DNA of 64,000 nucleotides from a bacterium (GTDB lineage: Bacteria > CLD3 > SB21), in NCBI GenBank assembly GCA_013360215.1, contig JABWCP010000003.1, positions 124,001 through 188,000 of the forward strand, read 5' to 3'. Positions 35,982 to 46,820 of this stretch are shown one piece after another. Every line of letters starts with the position of its first letter. Position 1 is the first letter of the stretch. The notes under the pieces are model-generated. The model was given only the letters and a program-made list of their open reading frames with translations. It did no database searches and was not told where the DNA came from. A program made the position numbers and the translations under genes.

Positions 35982-37304
35982 TTAATTTTGCGGTTGATGA
36001 TAACTGATCATTTCCTCAAGATCCACGCAGGTCACAAGATAGTCGTAAATGGCGTGAATACGGTTTAGGCGTGCCTGCAATAAAGCCACATCAGCATCGT
36101 TGACTTCGAGTTGTGTACCCGATCCGGTGGCATAACGCGTAGTAGCGATCTTGTAGCTTTTTTCAGCCAGCTCCACCGTACGGTTTTGGCTGGCCATACG
36201 TTTACGCGCTTCATCCAAACGCAGACGGATGCTTTGCATTTGACTGCGAATGTTTTCGCGCGTGTAGCGCAGTTGCTGTTCGGCTTTGCGTTCATCCGCG
36301 CGGGATTGGGCTAATCGCGCCGTTGTCTGAAAACCATTGAACAGATTGAGGCTCAGCGTGAGGCCGACTTGCGATGTACTGATAAAATCTTTTCCTCCAA
36401 AGTCCATCGTATTTTTCTGCGCCTGCCATTGATATGTACCAAACGCCGCAAGGGTGGGCATGTATTCGGCCAGCCTTATAGATGAAACAGCGGAATTAAG
36501 ATCTTGTTGCAATCGCAGTGCTTCCAATCCGGCATTTTGTGTCACCGCACGTTGTTCGTCCAGCCAACTGCTATCAAGCGGTACAGCCGTCAGTTCACCA
36601 CGGATGTGCAGGGGATCCGCGGCATCCATCCCGAGCTGAACTTTCAGAGCGTTGGTGACAACCAGCGCTTGTTGTTCCGCTGAAATCACCGACGGGCGCA
36701 GGTTTTCTACTTGCACTTCGGCACGGATCATATCGTAGTCGGATACAATACCTTGTTTATTGAGAATGCGGACGTTGTTAAAATTATTTTCGGCATTGGT
36801 CAGGCTGGCTTTGGTGGTTTCATACACCTGCCTCGCCAACAGTACCTGATAAAAAACTTTTTTAACCGAGGCCACCATACGATTGTATTCCGAACGATAT
36901 AATGCCCGCGACGTCCGCTGATATACTTTGGCCGTGCCGACGCCCGTAAATACGGCAAAATTAAACAACGCCTGCGTTGCGGTAAATCCGGTTTCGATAG
37001 AGTGGTTGGAACCAATCTCGATCGGTGTCACTTTGCCACTGGCCGGATTTTCAAAATCCGGCAGAAAAAAAACCGGTTTTTTGAGAGCACGGGTATAGCG
37101 TGTGTCCAGAGTTATGCTGGGCATGGCATACCCGTATGCTTCGCGCACCTGCTGATCCGCTTTGCGCATATCCCAGCGCGCAACGGCAAGTAATGCGTTG
37201 TTTTTTTCGGCGATACGAATCGCTTCGTCCAGCGTCAACAGCGAATCCTGCGCCGCCAGCCATCCTCCGGTACATATACATAATAACAACCAACATCGTC
37301 GCAT
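35982..37304 (-). CDS. TolC-family outer-membrane efflux protein
   Basis: LTLDEAIRIA, LNLFNGF, RYATGSGTQLEVNDA. Confidence 0.93.
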   Translation of the reverse strand: MRRCWLLLCICTGGWLAAQDSLLTLDEAIRIAEKNNALLAVARWDMRKADQQVREAYGYAMPSITLDTRYTRALKKPVFFLPDFENPASGKVTPIEIGSNHSIETGFTATQALFNFAVFTGVGTAKVYQRTSRALYRSEYNRMVASVKKVFYQVLLARQVYETTKASLTNAENNFNNVRILNKQGIVSDYDMIRAEVQVENLRPSVISAEQQALVVTNALKVQLGMDAADPLHIRGELTAVPLDSSWLDEQRAVTQNAGLEALRLQQDLNSAVSSIRLAEYMPTLAAFGTYQWQAQKNTMDFGGKDFISTSQVGLTLSLNLFNGFQTTARLAQSRADERKAEQQLRYTRENIRSQMQSIRLRLDEARKRMASQNRTVELAEKSYKIATTRYATGSGTQLEVNDADVALLQARLNRIHAIYDYLVTCVDLEEMISYHQPQN

Positions 37305-37325
37305 AACATGCTCCCTTGTCTTACG

Positions 37326-37931
37326 TCATGACGTGCGTCGAATGCCCGCCATAAGCATATCTATAGATTCTTTCCATTGTTTTTCGATATCCAGCGCAGG
37401 ATTAAAATGCCATTGCACCATCAGCCCGTCAAAAAGCGCATCCATCATACGCGCAAACGATTCCGGCGTAATATCAGTTTTGAAAAAACCACGTTCAATC
37501 GCTGTTTGAATAAATACGATGGCTTTTTTTCTACCTTCCTGCATAGCTTTACGCAGTTCTTGATATACAGCGTCGTTTTCCATAGAGCGAGACCAAAGAT
37601 AAAAGATCAAACGATAGTGATGTTGTAGCTGCAGTTCTCGAATAACATACGTCGGATATTTGTAGATCAACTCTTCGAGCGGACATTCTAGCGAAAGTTT
37701 GTACAACACATTTTCGCCGAGTTTGATCCAGTTTTTGATCAGTTCCAATATTAATTCGTCTTTACTCTTAAAATACCAGTATACCGCACCCTTGCTCAAG
37801 CCTGCTTCGCGGGCGATCTCATCCATCGTTACCGTATCAAATCCGCGCTTGGAAAAACAAGCGTGTGCCGCCGATAGAATTTTATTTTTTTTAATGTCTT
37901 CCGACTGATTGGTTTCTAAAACACTATACAT
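37326..37931 (-). CDS. TetR/AcrR-family regulator
   Basis: FSKRGFDTVTMDEIAREAGLSKGAVYWYFKSKDEL. Confidence 0.95.
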   Translation of the reverse strand: MYSVLETNQSEDIKKNKILSAAHACFSKRGFDTVTMDEIAREAGLSKGAVYWYFKSKDELILELIKNWIKLGENVLYKLSLECPLEELIYKYPTYVIRELQLQHHYRLIFYLWSRSMENDAVYQELRKAMQEGRKKAIVFIQTAIERGFFKTDITPESFARMMDALFDGLMVQWHFNPALDIEKQWKESIDMLMAGIRRTS

Positions 37932-37964
37932 TTTTTAAAATCTTATATTTAATAAATCAAACAT

Positions 37965-37978
37965 ACCGTCCGGTCGGT
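37965..37978. promoter_or_regulatory. Putative TetR operator
   Basis: Near-perfect palindrome ACCGTCCGGTCGGT in AT-rich DNA just upstream of tetR. Confidence 0.6.
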
Positions 37979-38190
37979 TTTTTAATTTAATTAAATAAAT
38001 TTCTGTTTCAAGCATCATTTTAAAATGCTTTTCACGGTATCTAATTCATTGATCTGAAGCAAATAAAAGACTGTTTAACCTTGAAGAGGGTATTGCAAAG
38101 ACACGAGTTACTCATAATAATTTTCTAAAGGTGTTAGGAGTGCCGCCCATATGAATCAAGTGCATATCGAAGCGAAGAAACTTCTAAAAC

Positions 38191-38219
38191 AAAAAACCTC
38201 CGTTTTTTGCGGAGGTTTT
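38191..38219 (-). terminator. Intrinsic terminator after the DM9 gene
   Basis: AAAAAACCTCCG...CGGAGGTTTT hairpin. Confidence 0.7.
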
Positions 38220-38242
38220 ATAACATCACATTGTACAAAAGA

Positions 38243-39127
38243 CTACTGTCCGCCGCCTTGCATGATGATGGTCGCCCTGGCTTTGGCGGCTGTATCAAAT
38301 GCGCCAAAATAGGCACGCAGTTCGTATTCGCCTTCACCCAAGGTTACACTGTTTATTTCCACAACACCGTCTTTTTCTATCGCATACACATATTCACCGC
38401 GTTCGGTATCTTTTTTCCCTTTAGGTACGACCGTAATCCAAACGGACGGACTGCCGGGAAAATTACCATACTCCACCGGAATGATCTGCCCAATGAGATA
38501 GTGTGAATTTTCAGTACGTACGTACGGGCCGGTCGGTTTTTTCACTTCGGCTTTTGCCGCCAAAACAAAAATACTGTTATTTAGTACGACTTCCGCTCCG
38601 CCCCAACCGATATTGCAGGCATTCGCCCAAAGTTTGCCACAGTGTTCGCCGTCCTTATACGCATGTTTGGCGATATACAATGGCTCTTTTTTTGCCGCAT
38701 CATTATAGCCGCCCAAAATAGCATTGGCAGGTAACGTACCTTTGTACGCGACCCAGGTGACCGCATTGGCCGGTGCGGTTAGGATTTCAAAATCTTTATC
38801 ATAGGAATATTCTTTACCGCCCCATCCTATATTACAATACCCGCCGGCAATCACTTTCCCGGGATGCATGCCGCCTTCAAATGCTACACGCCCGACATAC
38901 ATCGGTTGACCGTTTTCGTAACCGCCGACGACCGCATTTTCCGGAATCACACCGGTAAAAGGAATCCATTTCGTCAAAGATTCGGCCGATGGTGTCGTAC
39001 CGGTTACGGTCTTTTTAACAGCATTCGAACCTCCTTTGGCTCCCTGCGCATAGCCATTCACAGCAACGTGCAGCCACATGAATAACGCGGCGCAAACAAG
39101 CAAAGATGAAAATCTGATGAATCGCAT
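38243..39127 (-). CDS. Exported DM9-repeat (DUF3421) protein with C-terminal Ig-like domain
   Basis: Two repeats IPENAVVGG...MYVGR...HPGKV and LPANAILGG...LYIAK...HCGKL; signal peptide from ATG 39127. Confidence 0.8.
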   Translation of the reverse strand: MRFIRFSSLLVCAALFMWLHVAVNGYAQGAKGGSNAVKKTVTGTTPSAESLTKWIPFTGVIPENAVVGGYENGQPMYVGRVAFEGGMHPGKVIAGGYCNIGWGGKEYSYDKDFEILTAPANAVTWVAYKGTLPANAILGGYNDAAKKEPLYIAKHAYKDGEHCGKLWANACNIGWGGAEVVLNNSIFVLAAKAEVKKPTGPYVRTENSHYLIGQIIPVEYGNFPGSPSVWITVVPKGKKDTERGEYVYAIEKDGVVEINSVTLGEGEYELRAYFGAFDTAAKARATIIMQGGGQ

Positions 39128-39624
39128 GTACGAATACTCCTTAGTAAGTAAAAAAATGGTAGAACAGTAAAACGGATGATCTCGTTTATGGTCGAAAGCG
39201 GAATGAATGGTAGAACCGATTACACGCATGTAAGATAGCGATGCCGTTAGTCAAAGTAAACAATCAATATGAGATATACATTCCGGTGTCATATCACGTC
39301 AGGGCAATGCTTATCTTTTTTTTCAATCACTAGCACACTCTCTCAATCTGGTATGATCTACCTCCTCTCCGTTGCGCACGCAACGTGCTGACTTTTGTGC
39401 AACAAATCAAAAGTATCGCCGTAAACCTCTATTCGACTAACCGCCTTTCAAAGCCCATAAGGCACTTATACGGCATCATGATCTAGCGATGAAAAAAACA
39501 CTGTTTTTTCTCGACGGAGATTTTTTATCACGCCGCGTGACAAGACGTATTGTTACGTTTATCGAATTTCTCTCGTAAACACATAGGTTCGTTTGTTTAT
39601 TACCACCAATGAAAGGATGATGAG

Positions 39625-40743
39625 ATGAAGTCCAGCAAGCTACTACCGTTAGTTATGGCGTTTATAATGATTACTTTTTCTGTTTCGTACGGTCAAACCT
39701 GGCAACCCGCCGGAGGCGGAAGTAAAAAAGCCAGCGTATCGGAATTGATCGGACTTACTAATGTCACGGTCGAATACTACCGTCCGGCAGTCAACGGACG
39801 AGAGGGTAAAATTTGGGGAAACATAGTCCATTATGGTTTTGCGGATCTGGGATTTGGCACGACGAAAGCTGCACCGTGGAGAGCCGGGGCCAACGACAAT
39901 ACCACTATCGAATTTACGACACCCGTTTTTATTGAGGGCAAACCATTGCCGGCCGGAAAGTACGGTTTTTTTATTGCCATGGGTGAAACAAAAGCTACAT
40001 TAATTTTCTCGAAATATAATACCGCATGGGGAAGTTTTTATTATGACCCGAAAGACGATGCGCTACGCGTGGATGTGCCCGTCATAAAAACCGCCGAAAG
40101 CGTAGAGCGTTTGAAATACGAATTCAGCGATCAAACGGATGACAGCGCGGTTCTTTCACTATTGTGGGAAAAAGTAAAAATCCCTTTTAAAGTATCCATT
40201 GATGCCAAAAAAGAACAAATCGAAGTTTTTCGTAAAGCGTTCAATTCGGCAAAATTTTATGTGTACTGGCAAAATATGCATGCCGCGGCCAATTATTGCC
40301 TTGTCAATAACATCAATCTTGAGGAAGGTATGGGATGGTCTGAGCGATCTATTAATGATTTTTTCGGCGAGGCCAACTTTTCAACCTTATCCACGTACGC
40401 GGGATTTCTTGAAAAATTTAATCGTAAGAAGGAAGCGGATTCGGTAATGCAAAAAGCATTTCCCTTGGGCACCGCACTTCAAATATATTCCTACGCACGC
40501 AGTCTCACGAAAATGAAAGAAAATCAAAAAGCTTATGAGGTTTTCAAAATCGGTTACGATAAGTATCCGAATGATCCGAATATTATCTTAGGAATGGCCA
40601 GAGGCAATGCAGCGATCGGCAATATCAAGGAAGCGCTTAATTTTTGTGAAAAAGCACTGACCTTTTTTACCGACCCCTCTTCCACCGGTATTATCAAAAA
40701 AATGATGGAAGACCTCAAGGCCGGCAAAGATATCAATAAATAG
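39625..40743 (+). CDS. DUF2911-domain protein with TPR tail
   Basis: VEYYRPAVNGR, PWRAGANDNT, LPAGKYG, WGSFYYDPKDDALRV; signal peptide. Confidence 0.88.
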   Translation: MKSSKLLPLVMAFIMITFSVSYGQTWQPAGGGSKKASVSELIGLTNVTVEYYRPAVNGREGKIWGNIVHYGFADLGFGTTKAAPWRAGANDNTTIEFTTPVFIEGKPLPAGKYGFFIAMGETKATLIFSKYNTAWGSFYYDPKDDALRVDVPVIKTAESVERLKYEFSDQTDDSAVLSLLWEKVKIPFKVSIDAKKEQIEVFRKAFNSAKFYVYWQNMHAAANYCLVNNINLEEGMGWSERSINDFFGEANFSTLSTYAGFLEKFNRKKEADSVMQKAFPLGTALQIYSYARSLTKMKENQKAYEVFKIGYDKYPNDPNIILGMARGNAAIGNIKEALNFCEKALTFFTDPSSTGIIKKMMEDLKAGKDINK

Positions 40744-40851
40744 TCATCATTGAAGTGCAATACAAAGAAACCGAGCACAGAGAATAGCGAGATTCAAAAA
40801 AACGGGTATGTGAAAACTGAATTTTAATGAGGCGTTTATTTTTTACAATAA

Positions 40852-41463
40852 TCACTCAAATTCAATAACCATTTTTTCTACGATCACATAACGATCGGAT
40901 TCTAATTTGATCATACCCGGTTTTTTTACCGTTACGTTGCGCGTAGAGCGTTGCGGATTGTAGGTGTATTCGCACAACGGCTGAAGGTAGCGATCATGAA
41001 ACGTGATCGCCTGCGTCATGTTTTCACTGCCGGTCCAGATAGTTACCGTGCCGGTTTGTTTGTCGGCATTCAGCTCCACTTTGAATAACGAATCAAAACC
41101 CGGCGACACTTTGAGGTCTTTTTTGCGAATAAATCCATCGGTGGTTGATGCCGTCACATAAAAAACTTCCTTGTCTGAAACGACCGGTTCGACCGGCGTC
41201 GGTGCGACAACCATAGAACGCAAAAATTCGAGTTCGGTTTTGAGCGCTTTAATCTGCGTTTCAAAAGATTTTATTTTTGTCGTGTCATCTGAACCCGCGC
41301 CTTTTTTAGCGGCTCGCTCTTCCTGAATATGCTCCAATGCACGCACACGCTCTTTGAGTTTACGAAGCGAACGGGACATCCCGGCTATCAATAATCCGCC
41401 TCCTAAGGCCATCAGCACGAGCACAAAAGCCGTTGCGTACAACATGATTTCAACGATCGTCAT
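40852..41463 (-). CDS. Single-TM coiled-coil protein, last gene of the tubulin-like cluster
   Basis: N-terminal TM, coiled coil, C-terminal YLQPLCEY...KPG...VIEFE domain. Confidence 0.75.
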   Translation of the reverse strand: MTIVEIMLYATAFVLVLMALGGGLLIAGMSRSLRKLKERVRALEHIQEERAAKKGAGSDDTTKIKSFETQIKALKTELEFLRSMVVAPTPVEPVVSDKEVFYVTASTTDGFIRKKDLKVSPGFDSLFKVELNADKQTGTVTIWTGSENMTQAITFHDRYLQPLCEYTYNPQRSTRNVTVKKPGMIKLESDRYVIVEKMVIEFE

Positions 41464-41591
41464 GATTTATTCCTTTATAGTTCGCACATCGGTCGTGCAT
41501 TCTATGATTTTACAATGGATAATCCGGAACTGATGGAAACCTTAAAACAAGCTTAGCCTACTTATTCTTTTACGAACGTCGCGCGCATTTT

Positions 41592-44500
41592 TTAAAGCAC
41601 TTTGGACAAATTGTAAAACGCATGCACGAGCGGATAAAAAAACAAAGTTTCTTTTACAGGGTGATTCTCCATGGTACCGTCTAATAATACCTGATGACTT
41701 ATTCCGTCGCTGATAAGGTGTATAATATCTTTTTGCAGTTCGGTGCGGCACATGGCCAAATCGGCTTCTATGCCGAAATATTCGTGAAAAGATATTTGCT
41801 CGTTCAAATCAAAAAATAGATTTATGAAATCTTTGATATTATCCTGGACATCTTTTTTGACTCCGTCGGATACGGCGTCGTACGTGAGACCTTTGGCATC
41901 ATTTTTCTTTTTTCCGCCAAGGTGGATCATAGCGTCGATCGGCTGCTCGTTTTCTTTTTGACGCACGATACCGCCGATGCAGGTGGCTTGTTTAGGCTCT
42001 TTGGAAACGACAAGGCGCATCTCTTTGGCTCCGTTGCCATAGACGGCCTCCGCTAAAATACGGGTAAACGCCGTAAGATTTTTTAACGCCGGATCGCGAT
42101 CAATAAAGCCCAAAACGCGACTGCCGTTACCGCTGAAACAGATATAATGCGGCGCTTGCAGTTTTTTGGTGCGCATACACTGCAACGCGTGATATACCGT
42201 GGCGGCATAGTAAGCGAGAAAAATAATCTTAAATTTCTGATCCTTGCCCAAACGTTCGCTGATCTGCGTAAGATGCTCATGTTTAAAAAACACCTGCATC
42301 ACGTCCTCCGAACGCTTCCGTTCGTTGGCGAGATACTGTTCACAAATATCCCGCAGCTGATTCCATTCTTTATTGTTAGGCGGAGCGTTGCGAAAAACCG
42401 CTTGATACGCTTCACGGAAAATACCATTGTCTTTATTATTGACCCGCGAGGCCAGCACATTGCCTTCGCTCCATAACACGTTACAGCCAAAATTAAACGA
42501 CGAACCGAATTTGGGTTGACGTTTTTCGAATACCACGATATCCGTCGAACCGCCGCCGATATCCACGCACAGTACATTGCTGTCCCCGACGACCGCGGTC
42601 GTCGCTTTGTGATAATAATACGGTGCTTGCGACTCCGTCATTTCTATTACGGCTTGTTCGGAAATGCCCAGCACTTTTTGAGCTAATTGCGTCCAATCGC
42701 TTTTGAGCAATCCGATCGCATGCGCGCTCATACTCAGCGGGTGAAACCAGATGAGTTTGGTTTTGGCCGGATCGCCCTGATTGAGAACGACTTTGTGGCG
42801 AATCAGAAGTAAAATTTCTTCAAAAAACGCACGGATCCGTTCCGTGGTTTTTTCGTCGAGATTGATTTTCCATTTGATATTGGTGTGTACGATTTCGTCG
42901 TCAAACTCCACATGCCGCTCGTGGTTAAACGCCATATTGATATTACCGAGCGTAAACGTCTCTTCGCGTACAAATCCGGGCGATTCGCTCGTCGCCGTAC
43001 GAATCGGAAACTGGATCGGAGAACCGGCAGCACCGATAAACGTCGGCACAAAATCGTTTTCCTGATATACCGAGGATTGCGGCAATACGGTGCGATCGTT
43101 GTAGCGGCGATATAAATCGGTCACCGCATCACGATTGGAAATTTTTTCAGGTCCGTACAAATTGACCACCGGCATATCTTCTTTGGTAAAATCAAAAGGT
43201 TTCGGAGCGCCCGTGGCATCTGCATACGCGATGTGCGTAGACGTTGTACCAAAATCCACGGCAAACGTATATGCCCGCGTTCCCGGCTCGACGTAACGCC
43301 ACATCGGCACGATCCATCCTACGGCTTTTTGCGGACCTTTGAGTTCGCAGCGGATATAATCAAATTGAGCGCCCGTAATCTGATAATAGACGCCGCCGTC
43401 AAACACTTTTTTATCATGGCGTACAATCTTCTTCACGGGCGATTGTTTGCTTTTACTTTCCGACAGCGGCTCCATGCGGCTGTCAAAAAAAGTCAAATCC
43501 GGAAAATCTTTTCGGTTTCGCTGCCCGTCCACCATCATAACATTGTACCGCTCGACGGATTCCGCTTCCTGTTTCACACGATAAAAAGGAAAAACCGCTA
43601 CGTCAAATTTCCACTCCACGATACGTCCTGTGTCCGTGCCTTCGATCGGATCGGGCACATACCGGCGTTTCAGTTCCACGCGTTTGCCCGAACGGGTCGG
43701 TATCTGCAACCGCACGGTCACGGCATCTCCGTCAACCGTAAACGAAATTTGTTTCCTAAGGTCTTCCGGCGAAAAATAGTTATAATAAAATAATTTTACC
43801 GGAAGCATATACGATTCGTCTTCATCGCTGTGCGTGAGCGTCAAAAACGAAGGATGCGCTTTGTACGGTAACTTGATCAGCGAATTTTCCAATAAATCCG
43901 AAGCCAACAAATACGGATATGGTATCTGCGTACCGGGCAACGTTCGACTTTCCAAAGGATTCGGATCCGTCACCGGTACTTGGCGTCGCACCTCTTCATT
44001 CCAGTCCGCATCGACGTAGGTCACACCCGGATCGGTAAATTGTTTGGACAATACTATCGGTATCAAACCGTCTGCGGGTTTGGTCACATCCATCAGAAAG
44101 CCGCTGCGCTCGGATATCCGGTTAGTCAAATCCCGCGCACATCGCCATCCGATCTGATGCAAGTAAAGTTTCAGATTTTTGGGCTCGGTGTATTCGGAAC
44201 GAAAATCATGTTCGGAAAAACCGTTGGCATAAATCGCATCCACGGCGATGCGCAGTTCGCGATCTTTGATCCATGGTCGGTTTTTATCCACATAGTCGTG
44301 AACCGAACGGTAGATACCTGAAAATTCACGATGCCCCGCTATCAGACGGTGTACGAACATCTGAAAATCACGATCCCTTTCGTGCAGCGCCAACGTTGTT
44401 TCAAAATAGCGTGTGCCGTTGGTGCGGCGAATATCAATCGTTTTGAGCGTAGCATGATGCGGCACGGTAAAAAACATAGTCAACGGCGATGTCGCCGCAA

Positions 44501-44981
44501 AAACACGATGGTTGTAAGCGATCAGATAAAACCGGTCGAAGCTGCCAAAATTAGCGGAATCGCGATCCTGTTCGATAAACAGTTTGAGTGTTTCACCCAA
44601 AATGCGATGACCATCGGAACGCGATGTGATGAGTCCGTCAATCTGATGATTAAAAACCCATTCTTTGACTTCCAGTTTACCGCCCACCCCGCCGATATTA
44701 TTCGCATGAAAGAGCAGCTCCATAACATCAAACGTATAGGAGATGAGCCGATGATAGAGTGAATTCCCGCTCATTTCGCCACGCCCGTTGACGGAGCGAA
44801 ATGCGTAATCGAATAAATGCATCTGCGCAAACGGAGAAGGAATAGATGCAATGGGACGCTCGACTTTGTCGCTCTGATTGTCTTCGATAGAATTAATCAT
44901 ATTGGGATGAAACACGGTCGTATCCGTCCAGTGATCCTGCGCCACACTGCGTGCCGGTTTCAGATTGAGAAGATATCCCAT
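41592..44981 (-). CDS. Large actin/Hsp70-fold ATPase (SrfB-like)
   Basis: Phosphate 1 FAVDFGTTSTH, connect TESQAP, phosphate 2 VDIGGGSTD, adenosine FSGNGS; N-terminal SIPSPFA. Confidence 0.8.
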   Translation of the reverse strand: MGYLLNLKPARSVAQDHWTDTTVFHPNMINSIEDNQSDKVERPIASIPSPFAQMHLFDYAFRSVNGRGEMSGNSLYHRLISYTFDVMELLFHANNIGGVGGKLEVKEWVFNHQIDGLITSRSDGHRILGETLKLFIEQDRDSANFGSFDRFYLIAYNHRVFAATSPLTMFFTVPHHATLKTIDIRRTNGTRYFETTLALHERDRDFQMFVHRLIAGHREFSGIYRSVHDYVDKNRPWIKDRELRIAVDAIYANGFSEHDFRSEYTEPKNLKLYLHQIGWRCARDLTNRISERSGFLMDVTKPADGLIPIVLSKQFTDPGVTYVDADWNEEVRRQVPVTDPNPLESRTLPGTQIPYPYLLASDLLENSLIKLPYKAHPSFLTLTHSDEDESYMLPVKLFYYNYFSPEDLRKQISFTVDGDAVTVRLQIPTRSGKRVELKRRYVPDPIEGTDTGRIVEWKFDVAVFPFYRVKQEAESVERYNVMMVDGQRNRKDFPDLTFFDSRMEPLSESKSKQSPVKKIVRHDKKVFDGGVYYQITGAQFDYIRCELKGPQKAVGWIVPMWRYVEPGTRAYTFAVDFGTTSTHIAYADATGAPKPFDFTKEDMPVVNLYGPEKISNRDAVTDLYRRYNDRTVLPQSSVYQENDFVPTFIGAAGSPIQFPIRTATSESPGFVREETFTLGNINMAFNHERHVEFDDEIVHTNIKWKINLDEKTTERIRAFFEEILLLIRHKVVLNQGDPAKTKLIWFHPLSMSAHAIGLLKSDWTQLAQKVLGISEQAVIEMTESQAPYYYHKATTAVVGDSNVLCVDIGGGSTDIVVFEKRQPKFGSSFNFGCNVLWSEGNVLASRVNNKDNGIFREAYQAVFRNAPPNNKEWNQLRDICEQYLANERKRSEDVMQVFFKHEHLTQISERLGKDQKFKIIFLAYYAATVYHALQCMRTKKLQAPHYICFSGNGSRVLGFIDRDPALKNLTAFTRILAEAVYGNGAKEMRLVVSKEPKQATCIGGIVRQKENEQPIDAMIHLGGKKKNDAKGLTYDAVSDGVKKDVQDNIKDFINLFFDLNEQISFHEYFGIEADLAMCRTELQKDIIHLISDGISHQVLLDGTMENHPVKETLFFYPLVHAFYNLSKVL

Positions 44982-45005
44982 GCGAGCTCCAAAACGTTAT
45001 TGAAT

Positions 45006-46418
45006 TTATTTATAAAAACGTTGTATCACCGCGTCCGTCGCGGCATAACCGGCTTTGATCAATTTGCCCATCGTCGTCAGCGTGGCCGGCAACTGACGGC
45101 TATTGGATCCCAGCGCCGAGATGATATAATTATCGTCCAGTCCTGTTCGGAAAAGTCCGCCCGGCTCCAGTTGATAACCTTTTACCAAGGCGTGAGCAAA
45201 TGACTCGGCAAACTGCTGCATATAAAACGGCTCAAAAGCGCGTTTGTTTTCGGCCAACTCTGTTATCCAGTCGGCATACATGTACAAAAACTTTTGCAGC
45301 AATTTGGCATCTTCGTCATTGAGCGCCGATGCCGAACCAAAAATATTTTTTATCCAGGCATCTTTTCGCTCGGAGCGCAGCAAAAATTGCATGATATAAT
45401 AAAGATACAAAAACCGGATCAACGGCGCTTTGATCAACGCTTGCGCCGGATCGGGAAGATTGGTAAAGGTCAGTACTTCGCCGTCTTCTTTGAGGGCAAA
45501 TTCATGGCATAAGGTTTTTGCGCCGGATGTTTCAAACGTCTGCCGCGCAAAATCAATAATAGCCAGTGCGCCTAAAACCTCAATCACGTGGGCTTTGTTA
45601 CGCTGCCCGGTGGATCCTTCAAAATTGGGATACAATTCTTTGATCGTATCGGCTAAATAATACAAATGATGCAAACCGGAGAGATTTTTTTCGTAATACG
45701 CAAGCGCGGCTTTGGTTTTAGCATGAAACGTATTCGAATCAATTTGGCTTTCGTTGTCCGCTTGTACGCCAAAGTACGGCATGACCGTCAGCGCACCTTT
45801 CAGCGCTTTCTGCAGTTTGGGATCGGATTTTTGCGAACAAAAATTTTTGAGCAAAATCGGAAAACCCGCCGCACCGGTACCGCCGAAAATCGAACTGACG
45901 ACAAAAATACGGTCCCCCGGCTGAAAGGAATTGACAAATTGATCGTATTCATCCATTGAGGTCAGCGTATTGAGCGCCACCGAACCCATATTGGGCTTGC
46001 CTTTGAAGCCTTCCGTCAGTTCGTCATCCAAATACTCTTCCGAATACAAAAGATTGACCATAAACTGGTCTTCCGCCGAGAGTTTGCTGTAATCTATGAA
46101 GTCGCGAAATTTTTTCTGATGCGTACTGTCAAAACTAAAACGAAACATCGCCGTCGGGTCGGCGCCCGTGATCTGGCCGATCGTGCGCATCGGTGTCGTA
46201 AAAAACTCCGATTCGGGTTGTACGCGTGATCGTATCTTTTGATACCATTTCAACGTTTCTTCCGATTGTACCGTATTTCCATTGGTCAGATCCACATCCA
46301 CGATGATCGGTACGACTTCGTCGGCTTCGATGCGCACACCCGACGCGAGCAGCATCGTCAACGAACGAATAACCCGTGCGCCGGTTCCGCCGATACCAAA
46401 TATATACAGTTTACTCAT
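45006..46418 (-). CDS. Tubulin/FtsZ-like GTPase (Tubulin_2-type)
   Basis: IFGIGGTG (T1), GFKGKPNMG, SSIFGGTGAAG (tubulin signature variant). Confidence 0.85.
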   Translation of the reverse strand: MSKLYIFGIGGTGARVIRSLTMLLASGVRIEADEVVPIIVDVDLTNGNTVQSEETLKWYQKIRSRVQPESEFFTTPMRTIGQITGADPTAMFRFSFDSTHQKKFRDFIDYSKLSAEDQFMVNLLYSEEYLDDELTEGFKGKPNMGSVALNTLTSMDEYDQFVNSFQPGDRIFVVSSIFGGTGAAGFPILLKNFCSQKSDPKLQKALKGALTVMPYFGVQADNESQIDSNTFHAKTKAALAYYEKNLSGLHHLYYLADTIKELYPNFEGSTGQRNKAHVIEVLGALAIIDFARQTFETSGAKTLCHEFALKEDGEVLTFTNLPDPAQALIKAPLIRFLYLYYIMQFLLRSERKDAWIKNIFGSASALNDEDAKLLQKFLYMYADWITELAENKRAFEPFYMQQFAESFAHALVKGYQLEPGGLFRTGLDDNYIISALGSNSRQLPATLTTMGKLIKAGYAATDAVIQRFYK

Positions 46419-46430
46419 GCGATAACTCCG

Positions 46431-46817
46431 TCAGAATGGAATCGTGGAAGCATTGGTAGAATAACGTTTCATCGCCAAACCGGCTACGAGGCTGAGGATA
46501 AAAGCATAGGCCATATTGGCCAGCATAAACAGCATCGCACTGCCGGGTAATCCGTTGATTGTTGTATTCCATTTAAATACACCCAACGCGATCAGACCGA
46601 ATAAAAAAGCCATCAATCCGTTATACGACCAAAAAAACCGCGTATCGACGGCTGTTTTGGGAATACGAAGACTGAGAAAAAAATAGTACAACCAGGCTGA
46701 AAACACACCGTACAGCAACATCAAAAACCCCGCAAGCGGATAGATTTCCCTCCGCCATACGGCTTCCAGTTGGCGACCGTGCCACACTTCGTATAAGGCC
46801 GTAAACATATCCGACAT
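46431..46817 (-). CDS. Small 3-TM membrane protein
   Basis: Three hydrophobic segments; ends KRYSTNASTIPF; operonic spacing. Confidence 0.75.
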   Translation of the reverse strand: MSDMFTALYEVWHGRQLEAVWRREIYPLAGFLMLLYGVFSAWLYYFFLSLRIPKTAVDTRFFWSYNGLMAFLFGLIALGVFKWNTTINGLPGSAMLFMLANMAYAFILSLVAGLAMKRYSTNASTIPF

Positions 46818-46820
46818 GAC

